Positions 15,597 through 25,127 of a stretch of 64,000 nt of DNA are shown one piece after another (positions within the stretch are counted from its first letter, which is position 1; every line of letters begins with the position of its first letter). Both the position numbers and the translations under genes were made by a program. The notes under the pieces were generated by a model. That model searched no databases. It was not told the origin of the DNA and saw nothing but the letters and a program-made list of their open reading frames with translations. The stretch spans positions 16,995 to 80,994 of the forward strand of contig JAKEGJ010000016.1 in the NCBI GenBank assembly GCA_022627495.1, given 5' to 3'. The stretch is from Candidatus Micrarchaeota archaeon. GTDB taxonomy: Archaea > Micrarchaeota > Micrarchaeia > Anstonellales > Bilamarchaeaceae.

Positions 15597-16412
15597 TCAG
15601 ATCCTGGAGGCAAGGCCGTCCTCTTCGTTGAATTCGCGAAGCACCTCGTCCTGCTCCTTTAGCAAATCGAGGTATTCTTTCTGGAGCGTCGCGAAGACGT
15701 TCTCCTCCTCTTCGCTGAAAACCTTTATCTGGCGCTCCGCGTTCTTGAGCTGTATCCTGGCATTGAGGTTCTGCATCTTCTTCAGATTCTCCTCGAGCCG
15801 CCCCCTTGCGGACTCCGCCACCCAGACACAGCGGTTCTGCATCTCGATGCGTATCTCCTTATCGCCCTCGAGGCCCTCCCCCGACGGCAGGAGCCCGCTT
15901 CCGGATAATGCGCACATTATGCCGCAGCGGCGGAGGAACCTTGCCAGCTTGGCGCGCGTGCATTCGTCGATTGAAGTCGCGGAAAGGGGTTTATCGAGCG
16001 CGCCTGCGGCTATCGCCCGCAGCGCTTCGTTGCGCTCCTCCTCGGACATCCGGGCTATTATTATCAGGAGCTTGGCTATCTCGGCGCGGTTCTCGAAATT
16101 CTTCTTGACAATCATCCCGCGGTCCTTGAGCGTCTGGTACGCCTTCCCGTCCCTCACCTTGATGCCCGCGCGGATGGCATCCGGGGGGAATTCCTCCAGG
16201 GCGCTCGCAAGCTCGTCGAGCCTGTCCTGGTTCGGGAAAACGAGCCTTATGCCGGCGGCCTTCGCCCGCTCTGACAGCTCCTCGGCATTCACCGAGACCC
16301 TCCGGAGCTCGCCGTCTGGGGTGACGCCAAGCACGCTCGCCTGGAACTGCAGTTCAGCCTTTTTTTTGTTTAGCTCTATCAGCCTTGCCAAATCGCGTGC
16401 CGTAAGCACCAT
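15597..16412 (-). CDS. Hypothetical protein, coiled-coil-rich C-terminus
   Basis: 271-aa ORF with good third-position GC bias and no motif I recognise. Its annotated ATG overlaps the end of the upstream protease gene by 59 nt. Confidence 0.5.
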   Translation of the reverse strand: MVLTARDLARLIELNKKKAELQFQASVLGVTPDGELRRVSVNAEELSERAKAAGIRLVFPNQDRLDELASALEEFPPDAIRAGIKVRDGKAYQTLKDRGMIVKKNFENRAEIAKLLIIIARMSEEERNEALRAIAAGALDKPLSATSIDECTRAKLARFLRRCGIMCALSGSGLLPSGEGLEGDKEIRIEMQNRCVWVAESARGRLEENLKKMQNLNARIQLKNAERQIKVFSEEEENVFATLQKEYLDLLKEQDEVLREFNEEDGLASRI

Positions 16413-18120
16413 GGGTTCGCCTTGTCAGTATTAATAGCAGAACAAGGAATAAAAAGATTGATATCCCAAGGGAAGCGGCAACCGGTATCGCATAATTCCC
16501 CCATCCTCCGGCTTCCTGCGCATCCTGTGCGCCTTCCGGCGCGCTGCCATCTGGCGCAGCAGCGGCATCGGCCATGTCCGCAGTCGCCGCATCGAGCCCC
16601 GCGGAGAACATCGCAGTGCGGTACGCCACGGAGCTTTCGTTCTGTGCGAGCAGGAACGCTGCATGGGACTGGTAAACCATGCCCCACAAGGACTCCCTCG
16701 GCTCGGAGACCAGCGCGCCTATCTCCTCTTCGCTCGGCTGCCAGCCTGCCGCATTGCCGTTCTCGATGACATACACCGCGTCGTATATCGCCGCGCCATA
16801 CCGGCCCGCGTCGAAATTCGACTGCGCGATGTCCAGCCTTTCAACGTAATCATCGTCGATTAAATCAAGCGCCCGGGCCTCGCTTATCCTCTTCTCCGCG
16901 ATGCCCTTCCACGCGCTCTCGCTTATCCGCGCCCCCCCCGGCGGCGCAGCGCCGAGCAGCTCCTTGGCCACGACGCACCAGGCCTGCGCGTACATCAGCT
17001 CATTATACGCCGCGAATTTCTCGTCTTCGAGCATGCTCTCGTCTATATCCGTGCCCTCAAGCCTCTGGTAGGCCCAGCCCTGCCGCTGGTCCGCGCCCAC
17101 GACCCATTCAAAATTCGTATCCGTCAGGTCCGGCCTCCGGATGCCGGTGAGGCAGATGCCCGCCTCGCCCTTCTTCCGCGCAAGGTCCGGCCCGCCCGAA
17201 ATTATCGCATTTATCGTGGAAATGTCGATGTAGTTCAGGAACGCCTCGTTGGCGGCGCTGAAGAGGTATCCCTTTTCGATGATGCCATCCTGCCTTGCCG
17301 CTTCGGCTTCGAAAAAGCCCCTGATTTCGGCGCTTTCGTTGCCGCTGTCCTCAATCGAAGACGCAAGCCCCCTCTCCAGTTCGACCATGTTCTCCGCCAC
17401 CCGCCGGAAAGCCAGGATGCCCGAGGAATCGTATTGCGGCACGTCCGGCGTCCCCCTTTCAACCACCTCGAGGCCGCCCTCCCCGTCCGGGATGCTCCGG
17501 TTCTCGGTCATGAACCCGATGACATCCCCCACATTCCGCGCCTGGACCACCCTGATGCCGTACTGCCCTTCCATGCCGCGCAGCATCATCATCTCATATA
17601 TGCTCTCAACAGGCGTAATGAAGTATTTCGCGCCCATTCCCGCGGCCCCCCTGGCCTTCTCGTAAAGGCCGCCCACCGGACCGACGCTGCCATCCGGCTC
17701 TATCGTGCCGGTTATCACCGTGTCGTTCCTGAGCGTCCTGTTTTCCAGGAGCGCGTAAGCCATCACGGCAAGCGCGGTCCCGGCGCTGGGGCCGTCTATG
17801 TAGCTTGTCTGGGGGTTGGCGCCGAAATCCACGAGCATATCGCACGTCTCCCCGGTTCCCGAAAGCCCGTACGCGAACGAGACCGCCTGCTCGATGGACT
17901 CCTGCGTCATCACGCCCATGCGGGGATAGACCGTCGTATACACCCGGCCCGGCCCTTCCGCCATGCTTATCGTGACGTTCACCAGCCCCCCGCCATCGCC
18001 CACCACTGCAGGGACAAACTGGGAGATGCTGCCTTCGCACGATGCAAAGGCCGCGGAACCCATGCCGAGGCTGGCCATGAAAACCGCGATGGCGAGTAAT
18101 GCCGCTGGCCCGTGTACCAT
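16354..18120 (-). CDS. Membrane-anchored secreted protease with Lon-type S16 proteolytic domain (COG1750-like)
   Basis: Signal anchor (MVHGPAALLAIAVFMASLGMGSAAFA), S16 motif (IDGPSAGTALAVMAYALL ... ITGTIEPDGSVGPVGGLYEKARGA) and a C-terminal TM. Start set at 18120. Confidence 0.7.
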   Translation of the reverse strand: MVHGPAALLAIAVFMASLGMGSAAFASCEGSISQFVPAVVGDGGGLVNVTISMAEGPGRVYTTVYPRMGVMTQESIEQAVSFAYGLSGTGETCDMLVDFGANPQTSYIDGPSAGTALAVMAYALLENRTLRNDTVITGTIEPDGSVGPVGGLYEKARGAAGMGAKYFITPVESIYEMMMLRGMEGQYGIRVVQARNVGDVIGFMTENRSIPDGEGGLEVVERGTPDVPQYDSSGILAFRRVAENMVELERGLASSIEDSGNESAEIRGFFEAEAARQDGIIEKGYLFSAANEAFLNYIDISTINAIISGGPDLARKKGEAGICLTGIRRPDLTDTNFEWVVGADQRQGWAYQRLEGTDIDESMLEDEKFAAYNELMYAQAWCVVAKELLGAAPPGGARISESAWKGIAEKRISEARALDLIDDDYVERLDIAQSNFDAGRYGAAIYDAVYVIENGNAAGWQPSEEEIGALVSEPRESLWGMVYQSHAAFLLAQNESSVAYRTAMFSAGLDAATADMADAAAAPDGSAPEGAQDAQEAGGWGNYAIPVAASLGISIFLFLVLLLILTRRTHGAYGTRFGKADRAKQKKG

Positions 18121-18287
18121 ACGGCCGGTTTCCCCTTCAAGGATTAAAATACCCAGCGCATCGCGTTTCCATCTATCCCTTTTATAAGCACATTCTATAA
18201 CACATCTGTCATACATGCGGGGCAAACCCCCGCGCGAATCCGAACCGGAGCGAAATCCGTCCGGAACGCGGGGGCGGGGTTTTAATT

Positions 18288-19064
18288 ATGCGCATTAAAA
18301 TATCATCCATGGACAAGAGGCTCGAGAAGAAGCTTTCATCACTGCGCGAAAGGATACGCAGGCTAGACAGCGCGGTCGTCGCATTTTCCGGGGGCGTGGA
18401 CAGCTCGTTCCTGATGCGCATATGCAGGGAGGAGCTGGGCGAGAAGGCGGTGGCGGTCACTGCGCTTTCCGACAATTACCCGCGCTCCGAGCTCTCCGTG
18501 GCAAGGCGGGTGGCGAAAATCATAGGCGTCAAGCACGTCGTTTTCGACCCGTCCAAGTCCGCCATCGACACCCGCGCCTCCCGCTCGGCGAACATGATCC
18601 GGAATTCGAACCTTTACAGCTCCATGAAGTGCGTCGCGATGAGGATGAAGCTCAAGCATGTCCTGGACGGCTCGCACCAGGATGACGCCGATGAGCGGGG
18701 CAGGAGCTTCCTGGAAGCACGCCGCGCCGGAGTCCGGAGCCCGCTTCTCGAGAGCAACCTCTCCAAGGCCGAAATACGCCTCCTTGCGCGGGAATTGCGC
18801 CTTCCGAACTGGGACAAGCCTCCCTCGTCATCAATCAAGCCGGGCAAGGCCGCAAAGGCCGGAAAAGACGCGGAAAAGCGCTTCGAGGCCAGGGCATACC
18901 TGCTTGCGCTCTGCCCCAGGGCGTGCGTGCGCCTGCGCGGCAAGAATGCATATATCATCGCCGGGAAATGCGGCATGGTGGCCCTTGCAAGGCGCATCAC
19001 ATCGATACGGAAGAGGCTTAAGTCCCTCGGCTTCTCGGAAGTGTTCCTGAAACCCGCGGAATAA
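18288..19064 (+). CDS. PP-loop ATP pyrophosphatase, LarE/COG1606-like
   Basis: PP-loop VAFSGGVDSSFL. Overall LarE-like layout, but no Cys at the position after WDKP. Confidence 0.7.
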   Translation: MRIKISSMDKRLEKKLSSLRERIRRLDSAVVAFSGGVDSSFLMRICREELGEKAVAVTALSDNYPRSELSVARRVAKIIGVKHVVFDPSKSAIDTRASRSANMIRNSNLYSSMKCVAMRMKLKHVLDGSHQDDADERGRSFLEARRAGVRSPLLESNLSKAEIRLLARELRLPNWDKPPSSSIKPGKAAKAGKDAEKRFEARAYLLALCPRACVRLRGKNAYIIAGKCGMVALARRITSIRKRLKSLGFSEVFLKPAE

Positions 19065-19098
19065 TCTTCGGCAGGTCCGACACCCCCCGGGCCCGGAT

Positions 19099-19668
19099 TC
19101 AGCCGACTTTCTTGAATGCCAGTATCCCCTTTTCGGTGCGGAAGAATTCGTATGATTCGGACAGGTAGAGCTTTTCCAGCGCGCTTCCCGCCTCGGTGAT
19201 GTAGCTCGCGATGTCCCCCTTCGGGATGTCCTCGTACAGGTATCCTATGGAATACCTGAGCTTCGAACTGACGGCTTCCTTCTCCCTTTCCGTAAGGAGT
19301 ATCCTCCGGACGCCGCGCCCCTCGTAAGCCAGGAGCACGGCCGGGTCCTCCATGTAAAGGGCGTTGGCCTCGCCGCTCGTTATCTTCTTGCTTTCCATGT
19401 CCAGCCTGGCCGGCCATGCGAGGCCCACTCCGACCAGCATCCGGTTGACCGTTGCCCCGAAGCTCTTGCCGTAGGCGATGATGTTGCCCACCTCGACCTC
19501 GGTGACGTCGAATGCGCACTTGCGCATCACCTTCACGCAGTCCTCGATGTCGTCGGCGTCGAGGCGCTTGACCTCCACCTCCTCCTCGTCGAGCATGGAG
19601 TGTACGAATTTCTTTTTCGGGGCATCCGCCTCCTCCTTCTTCTCGGATTGCTTGAACGATTCGACCAT
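19099..19668 (-). CDS. Hypothetical cytoplasmic protein, possibly GNAT-fold acetyltransferase; last gene of the membrane-protein operon
   Basis: 189 aa. There is a weak GNAT motif-A resemblance (LLAYEGRGVRRILL). It starts 6 nt after the zinc-ribbon gene. Confidence 0.45.
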   Translation of the reverse strand: MVESFKQSEKKEEADAPKKKFVHSMLDEEEVEVKRLDADDIEDCVKVMRKCAFDVTEVEVGNIIAYGKSFGATVNRMLVGVGLAWPARLDMESKKITSGEANALYMEDPAVLLAYEGRGVRRILLTEREKEAVSSKLRYSIGYLYEDIPKGDIASYITEAGSALEKLYLSESYEFFRTEKGILAFKKVG

Positions 19669-19674
19669 AGGAAC

Positions 19675-20022
19675 TCACATGAAGCGCGTATTGCATGCGG
19701 GGCACGAAGTCAGCATGGCCTCCATCTTATACCCGCATATGGGACATACATAAAAGGTTTTATTAGCCCTTTCGAGCTCGGCTTCGAAGTTGTACCTGCA
19801 TTTCGTGCACTTCTTCTCGTCCAGCTCCACAAGCGTCTGGCACTTGGGGCACTTGCGCCTGAACATGCTTTTTATGCGCACGCCGCATTTCGGGCAGCGC
19901 TCCATGCTGAGGTTCACGCGTTCGCCGCAGTTGGGGCAGTTCTGGACCTGGCCCTTTCCGCCCGAACCCGGCGGTGGGCCCTTCGTAAGCGTCTTGAATA
20001 TGTCTCCTAGCCCCATCCTCAT
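19675..20022 (-). CDS. Multi-zinc-ribbon protein
   Basis: 115 aa with eight CxxC pairs (CPNC, CPKC, CPKC, CTKC, CPIC, CPAC ...). It starts 10 nt after the 1355-aa gene. Confidence 0.65.
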   Translation of the reverse strand: MRMGLGDIFKTLTKGPPPGSGGKGQVQNCPNCGERVNLSMERCPKCGVRIKSMFRRKCPKCQTLVELDEKKCTKCRYNFEAELERANKTFYVCPICGYKMEAMLTSCPACNTRFM

Positions 20023-20032
20023 TTCACCCTAT

Positions 20033-23000
20033 TTATCCGCTCAGCGTGCAATTGATGTCGTAATCCCGAAGCGGCAGGTCGATGCCGCAGAAGGTCCCGA
20101 TTTCGCTCACCGTCTTCGGGTCGCCGAGGTTGCACTCCATATCAGGGTCCCCGCTCTTCGAGAAAACAATAGGCTTGTTTATCGAGTTCTGGTAAGCGTC
20201 CTTGACGTAGGTATAGCTCCGGTTGTTGTTGGGCGCGACCAGGCAGCACTTGTCCGGCTTCGGGATGCCGGCAATGACGTCCAGGAAGATGTCCGAACCG
20301 ACCTCGTCCATCGGCCTCGGGCCTACTGTCTGCACGGTCCCGTTGCTGTATTTGAGGGTGCAGGTGTACATCTTGCCCGTTTCGTTGCACAGAGTGCACT
20401 CGCCCGCCCCTGAATCGATGACTATCCCGTCCGGGCACCTGGCCTCGTCCTCCGGCATTCCATCCGGCACGCTGCAGAGGGCGCCGTTGTCGCACATCTT
20501 CGGGTCCCGGTGGAGGGTATTGACGGAATACGCCGAGCACACTCCGGTGCCGACCCGATCCAGGCTGCTGCACCTGGTGCAGTTCATGGAGTCGACAGAA
20601 TTCACCCTGGAGAAGAAGGCCAGCGGCGCGCCGGTGGTCATTGTCTGCATGGCCGACTGCATCGCGCAGAACTTCTCGCCCTTGTGCCCCAGGCCCGATG
20701 AATCGACGCTGACTATGCCGGTGTCCGTGCCGCTTGCCGCGCGGGCCGGGGCGTAGATTATGCCGATTAGGCCGAACTTGACCATCTCGTCCTGCTTCCG
20801 GACGATTTTCTCGAACAGCACCTTGTAATTGGCGTCATTCCAGTAGCCGTCGTTGCTCCTCACGTTGAGCCCTACCAGCATCGAAGGCTTCCCCCTGGAC
20901 TGCAGGGCCACCCTTCCAAAGGAGGCTATGTCGTCGGCTATGGCATCGCTCCGGTTTTCAGCCTGCGCCAGCCCCGAGAACACCGAAGAATGGCTTGAGA
21001 CGGGGTAGTCGAATGTGACCATGTCCACCGCGAATGCCGCCCGCGAATCCGAGAGCACGGAATTCAGGGAATCCCTGAAGCTTTCGTTGCTTGGCGGGCT
21101 GTCCACGTGGAACGCTGTGAGGCAGCCGAAGCACCGCTCGTGGATTATGGATGAGCGGTCGATGATTTCCTCGATTTGCACATCTGTCGCATCGCCGCTG
21201 ATGTGGTTGACTATGACGACCACCGCCCCCATCTCGCCGAAAAGCCTCTGGAAGTCGTACTGCGAAAAGTTCTCCGGCGCCGATTCGTAGAACAGCCAGA
21301 ATCCTTCCAGGTCCGAGTCCGGGTTGCGGATGTTCCAGTTGCTGGCGTCCGTCATGTCTATGACCGGGAGAATGCCGGATTTCATGTAGTTGCCCATCCT
21401 CTCCTTGAGTATGGTGGCCTCCGGGGACGTCCTCGGCGAGCCGATGCCCCCGATGGACTCCTTGTAGTCGCCCACGTCAGTTATGCGGGAATTGACGCAC
21501 GAGACGTTGTCCGTCACAGTGAATCCAGACCAGAATTCGAAGCTGGTATCATATGTCGCCGTGCAGACGCTCTCGAGATTCGCCGGTGTCGTGTTCTCGA
21601 CGTTCGCAGTGTACGCGGGCATGTAGACGCGGGGCTCGGCGGTGATGGACTGGAAGGCGAGGGTGGAAGTCGTGCAGGGCTCGCACCAGCCGTATGTCCT
21701 GGTTACCGGCATGTAGTCCGACTCGTCTATCGCGCAGTTGCCGAGCGCGCCCGTGCCGTCCCTGTACTTGAACAGGTAGATGTGCTGGCTGAAAAGCAGG
21801 TCATACGAGAAGGTCAGGTCCGTTGGCATCCACCACCAGATGACCGTCCTGCGCAAATCGCAGCTGCTGGTCCCGGCCGAAGTTTCCATGCGCTCGGAAA
21901 ACACGTTGTTCCTGCGGAGCACCTGGGGGCCCGAACCGCTCATGTGGTAGGACATGGATTCGAAATAGTCGCTTCCGGTGAAACTGCTCTCGTATAGGCC
22001 CTTGTTGTAGTTCAGCACCCAGGGCATGGAGGATATTACCACGTCCTGCGGCTGGATTTCTGAGCCGCAGCCGTCGTCGAAACCCCCGTTCGTCATCGAT
22101 TTCAGCCTCTCCTTGAAGTACGGGCGGAACGCTGCCATGAGGGAGTCCCAGTCCGGGTCGTCGATGTTATCCAAATCCACCCGGACGTAATCGGCCGTCT
22201 CTCTGGCGTCGGTTGAAGCCGGAGTGCATGGCTGGCTTGCCGGGTTCGGGTCGTCCAGTGCGCACCAGTTGCTGCATGAGGTGTCCATGCCAGGGCACAG
22301 GTTCCGGCAGGCGTTCCAGCATCCGAATTCGTCTTCGGGCGGATAATCGCCTTTCACCGGGAATTTCTGCGTAGTGTTGATGCCGCAGTTCTTGACGAAG
22401 AGCATGTTCTTGAAGTCGGATGGCGTTGCTATGGCGTACCCGATAATCTTGTTCCCGTTGTATACCACGTCATTGTCGCCGGTCTTGCCGAAGAACACTA
22501 TCCCTCCTGCAGGCGGCCTGTAAGCGCTTTCTGAGACATAAGAGCACAGCACCCACTCGTCCTGGTTGTCCTCGGTCGGCTCGCCGTAATCGTGCGTGCA
22601 GTACTTGCGGTATGTGTAATACGAGGAAGTCCAGGATGCGGTGTTCGTCAGCGTCCTCGCGGACCCGGTGTATTTCGTGTAGAACTGGCCCGAGTTGAAC
22701 CCGTCCCAGAAGGCGTCGAGCGAATCCTCGTTGTCTCCGGTCACGGAACCGTAGCCGAAGGGGTGGTTGTAGCCTTCGTTGACCTCCACGTGCTGGGGCT
22801 TTGCCGTCACCGTGGCATATGTGAATGAGGGCGGCTGGCCGCCGGAGCCGGCCGTCACGGATTTCGTGGGGGCGCACACGACCTTGGTCTTCCCGTTCTC
22901 GTCGCTGGTCCTGGCGCAGTCAGCGACCACTTCGAAGCCGCCGGATATGCCAGGCACCGTGAGCAGGACCGTCCTGGAATAGAACTGGGTGTTGCACGCG

Positions 23001-24100
23001 CCGGAATAGCACTCGTTGCCGCGCGAGTCGCATTCGAAAGGCGCCCTCGTCGTTGAGGAGCCGTCGAGCCCGTACATCGTTGAGGCGTGGGCGATTGAGA
23101 GCTCCCGCCTGTAATACTCCTCGTCAATCCTCTTGAAGACATCGTCCTGGTTTACGGACGCGCCGCCGTAGAAATAGAATCCGTGCATCTTATCATAGTT
23201 CGCGGCCCAGTCCTCCCGCGCATGGTGGGCGAACTTGTAGTTGGTGGCGTCGGGAACGACCGGGTTGAATGTGAATCCGACGCTTATATATGATGATTTC
23301 GGGGCCGTGCCCTCCGCGAATCCGAAGGGGTTTGGCGTGCCGAATGCGCCGGCGGCGTCATTGAGGCAGTTCTGCGTTATCCTGGCGTTGGGGTTGTACT
23401 CCGTCTTGGAGCCTGTGAGGTAGTTCATGTACCTGTCGATTAGCCCGGCCTCGCCCGAACCGGAATTTATGTTGCAGTACTTATCGGAAAGGGGCAGGTA
23501 ATACTTGTATTGGTCGAACTCGTCCATGGAGCCCCCGACGCCTATCCTGAAGACGTTTATCGTTGAGCTCGAGCTTTTCATCACCTGGCGCAGCTTCGCG
23601 TCCATCGGGAGGAACCTGCACTGGGCGTTGTAGAACTGGCTCGCGCCGCCTTCCCCGGTATCCGGGGGGATGTTGCCCGAAGAGGCCTCCACGCTCGAAT
23701 CTGGGTTGCTGGTGTCGCTCCCGCTCGTCTGGAAGCCCGGCGCGAAGCGCGGCTTGTATGAGAACTCGCCGCAGACCATGGTCGTGCAGTTCTGGGAGAT
23801 GCATGGCTTGATGTCGTCCTGGGTGCAGAGCGGTATCAGGAACGTCCGCTCGCCCGTAGCCCCGCCCAGGTCTATCGTGACATTGCAGTGGCCGCTCGTG
23901 TTGTAGGCCGCGTCGCTGCTGTTGCAGGGGCCGTTCGTCTGGCCGATATAGCTCTTGTTGGTGAAGTCGGTGGTGTTGTAGAGGACGCAGCCCTGGCTGA
24001 GGTTCTCCTTGAGGCAGCAGCCGAGCTTCACGACCGGCTGCAGGCAGCCTGCCGCGAACAATGCCAGCAATATAACCAAGACCGTCAGCGCTTTTCCCAT
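20033..24100 (-). CDS. Giant (1355 aa) Cys-rich, sequon-rich extracellular lipoprotein, no recognised domain
   Basis: Lipobox-like N-terminus (LLALFAAGC), dozens of Cys throughout, many N-x-S/T sequons, and no further TM. Its start is 1 nt after the stop of the preceding membrane-protein gene. Confidence 0.8.
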   Translation of the reverse strand: MGKALTVLVILLALFAAGCLQPVVKLGCCLKENLSQGCVLYNTTDFTNKSYIGQTNGPCNSSDAAYNTSGHCNVTIDLGGATGERTFLIPLCTQDDIKPCISQNCTTMVCGEFSYKPRFAPGFQTSGSDTSNPDSSVEASSGNIPPDTGEGGASQFYNAQCRFLPMDAKLRQVMKSSSSTINVFRIGVGGSMDEFDQYKYYLPLSDKYCNINSGSGEAGLIDRYMNYLTGSKTEYNPNARITQNCLNDAAGAFGTPNPFGFAEGTAPKSSYISVGFTFNPVVPDATNYKFAHHAREDWAANYDKMHGFYFYGGASVNQDDVFKRIDEEYYRRELSIAHASTMYGLDGSSTTRAPFECDSRGNECYSGACNTQFYSRTVLLTVPGISGGFEVVADCARTSDENGKTKVVCAPTKSVTAGSGGQPPSFTYATVTAKPQHVEVNEGYNHPFGYGSVTGDNEDSLDAFWDGFNSGQFYTKYTGSARTLTNTASWTSSYYTYRKYCTHDYGEPTEDNQDEWVLCSYVSESAYRPPAGGIVFFGKTGDNDVVYNGNKIIGYAIATPSDFKNMLFVKNCGINTTQKFPVKGDYPPEDEFGCWNACRNLCPGMDTSCSNWCALDDPNPASQPCTPASTDARETADYVRVDLDNIDDPDWDSLMAAFRPYFKERLKSMTNGGFDDGCGSEIQPQDVVISSMPWVLNYNKGLYESSFTGSDYFESMSYHMSGSGPQVLRRNNVFSERMETSAGTSSCDLRRTVIWWWMPTDLTFSYDLLFSQHIYLFKYRDGTGALGNCAIDESDYMPVTRTYGWCEPCTTSTLAFQSITAEPRVYMPAYTANVENTTPANLESVCTATYDTSFEFWSGFTVTDNVSCVNSRITDVGDYKESIGGIGSPRTSPEATILKERMGNYMKSGILPVIDMTDASNWNIRNPDSDLEGFWLFYESAPENFSQYDFQRLFGEMGAVVVIVNHISGDATDVQIEEIIDRSSIIHERCFGCLTAFHVDSPPSNESFRDSLNSVLSDSRAAFAVDMVTFDYPVSSHSSVFSGLAQAENRSDAIADDIASFGRVALQSRGKPSMLVGLNVRSNDGYWNDANYKVLFEKIVRKQDEMVKFGLIGIIYAPARAASGTDTGIVSVDSSGLGHKGEKFCAMQSAMQTMTTGAPLAFFSRVNSVDSMNCTRCSSLDRVGTGVCSAYSVNTLHRDPKMCDNGALCSVPDGMPEDEARCPDGIVIDSGAGECTLCNETGKMYTCTLKYSNGTVQTVGPRPMDEVGSDIFLDVIAGIPKPDKCCLVAPNNNRSYTYVKDAYQNSINKPIVFSKSGDPDMECNLGDPKTVSEIGTFCGIDLPLRDYDINCTLSG

Positions 24101-24101
24101 G

Positions 24102-25124
24102 TCATATCACTTTGCCTACCATTTTTGTCAGCTCGAACGTGTCCCCGCCGAGTACCGACATCATGTACCTGACAAATACCATGGTCATGAAGAATGCCAC
24201 GAGGGGATGCAGCATGAGCGTCACGTACGATTTCGAAAGGTCGTTCCTCAGGCTGTCGAAGGTCAGTCCGGCGCTGCTGCCGAAGCCGGCGCTTTCAAGC
24301 GAGGTGAGTATCGAGACGGCGCTCGTCATCGTCGGGTAGCAGAGCGGCTGCGTCTGCGCTGTGTTCATCGCGGCCGGAAGCGGCGTCGCGACAAATCCCG
24401 GGTCGAGGAGCACGAAGAATATCGGGAATATGAAGTACATGCCGATGCCGAGCGCGATGAAGAGGGCGCCCGGGCCGCGCGTGATGTAGAAGCTGCGGAG
24501 CAGGATGCCGACCGGTATGAAGACGTGCAGCATGTTTATGCGCAGGTATTCCAGGAGGGACGACTGGGCATTGAGGCCGATAAGCATGACCGTCGCGAGG
24601 TTGTTGGTGATGCGGGTGGTCTCGGTGGTCCGGTAGAGGCCAGTGAACCAGTCGCCCTTGATGAACGTGACGCCGAATATGCTGCCGGCCATGTTTATCG
24701 CGTTGAACTCCAATGCGGTCATGCCCGAGCTGGTGAGGCCGTCCTGGATCGCCGCCACTTCGGCGGCCCTGCTCTGGAGCCTGCACCGTATGGCGTAATA
24801 CGCCTGGTCCATCGTGGAGTTGGCGGTGGTGCCGATGTGGATTGATTCGCCGCCGCAGGCGACTTCCCCGTGGATGAGGCCCTGCGTTATCTCCATCGCG
24901 CTTCCCACCATGGCCACCAGGAATATGGCCATGAAGGCGGTCGCGGCCGCCTGCAGTATCTCCGATTTGGCAAAGGCTTCCAGCTCCCGGACCGAGAACG
25001 CCCTCCCCACCATCAGCAGTATGGTATGGAAGAGCACCGCTGCAATCACCGCCACCAGGGAGAGCGGGAGCCAGTTGGCCCATGTCCCGTAGAAGCTGCT
25101 GATTGAGAGCGCAAGGAAAGCCAT
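24102..25124 (-). CDS. Polytopic membrane protein, paralogue F of the six-member family
   Basis: 340 aa carrying the shared signatures FAKSEILQAA, FIPVGILLRSFYITRGPGALFIALGIG and the tail SVLGGDTFELTKMVGKVI. Confidence 0.8.
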   Translation of the reverse strand: MAFLALSISSFYGTWANWLPLSLVAVIAAVLFHTILLMVGRAFSVRELEAFAKSEILQAAATAFMAIFLVAMVGSAMEITQGLIHGEVACGGESIHIGTTANSTMDQAYYAIRCRLQSRAAEVAAIQDGLTSSGMTALEFNAINMAGSIFGVTFIKGDWFTGLYRTTETTRITNNLATVMLIGLNAQSSLLEYLRINMLHVFIPVGILLRSFYITRGPGALFIALGIGMYFIFPIFFVLLDPGFVATPLPAAMNTAQTQPLCYPTMTSAVSILTSLESAGFGSSAGLTFDSLRNDLSKSYVTLMLHPLVAFFMTMVFVRYMMSVLGGDTFELTKMVGKVI

Positions 25125-25127
25125 GCA

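Noticed and set aside
18614-19705. 363-aa minus-strand ORF rich in Arg/Gly/Pro
   Set aside because: It overlaps both the PP-loop gene (opposite strand) and the GNAT-like gene (other frame). It has extreme Arg/Gly composition and no motifs.
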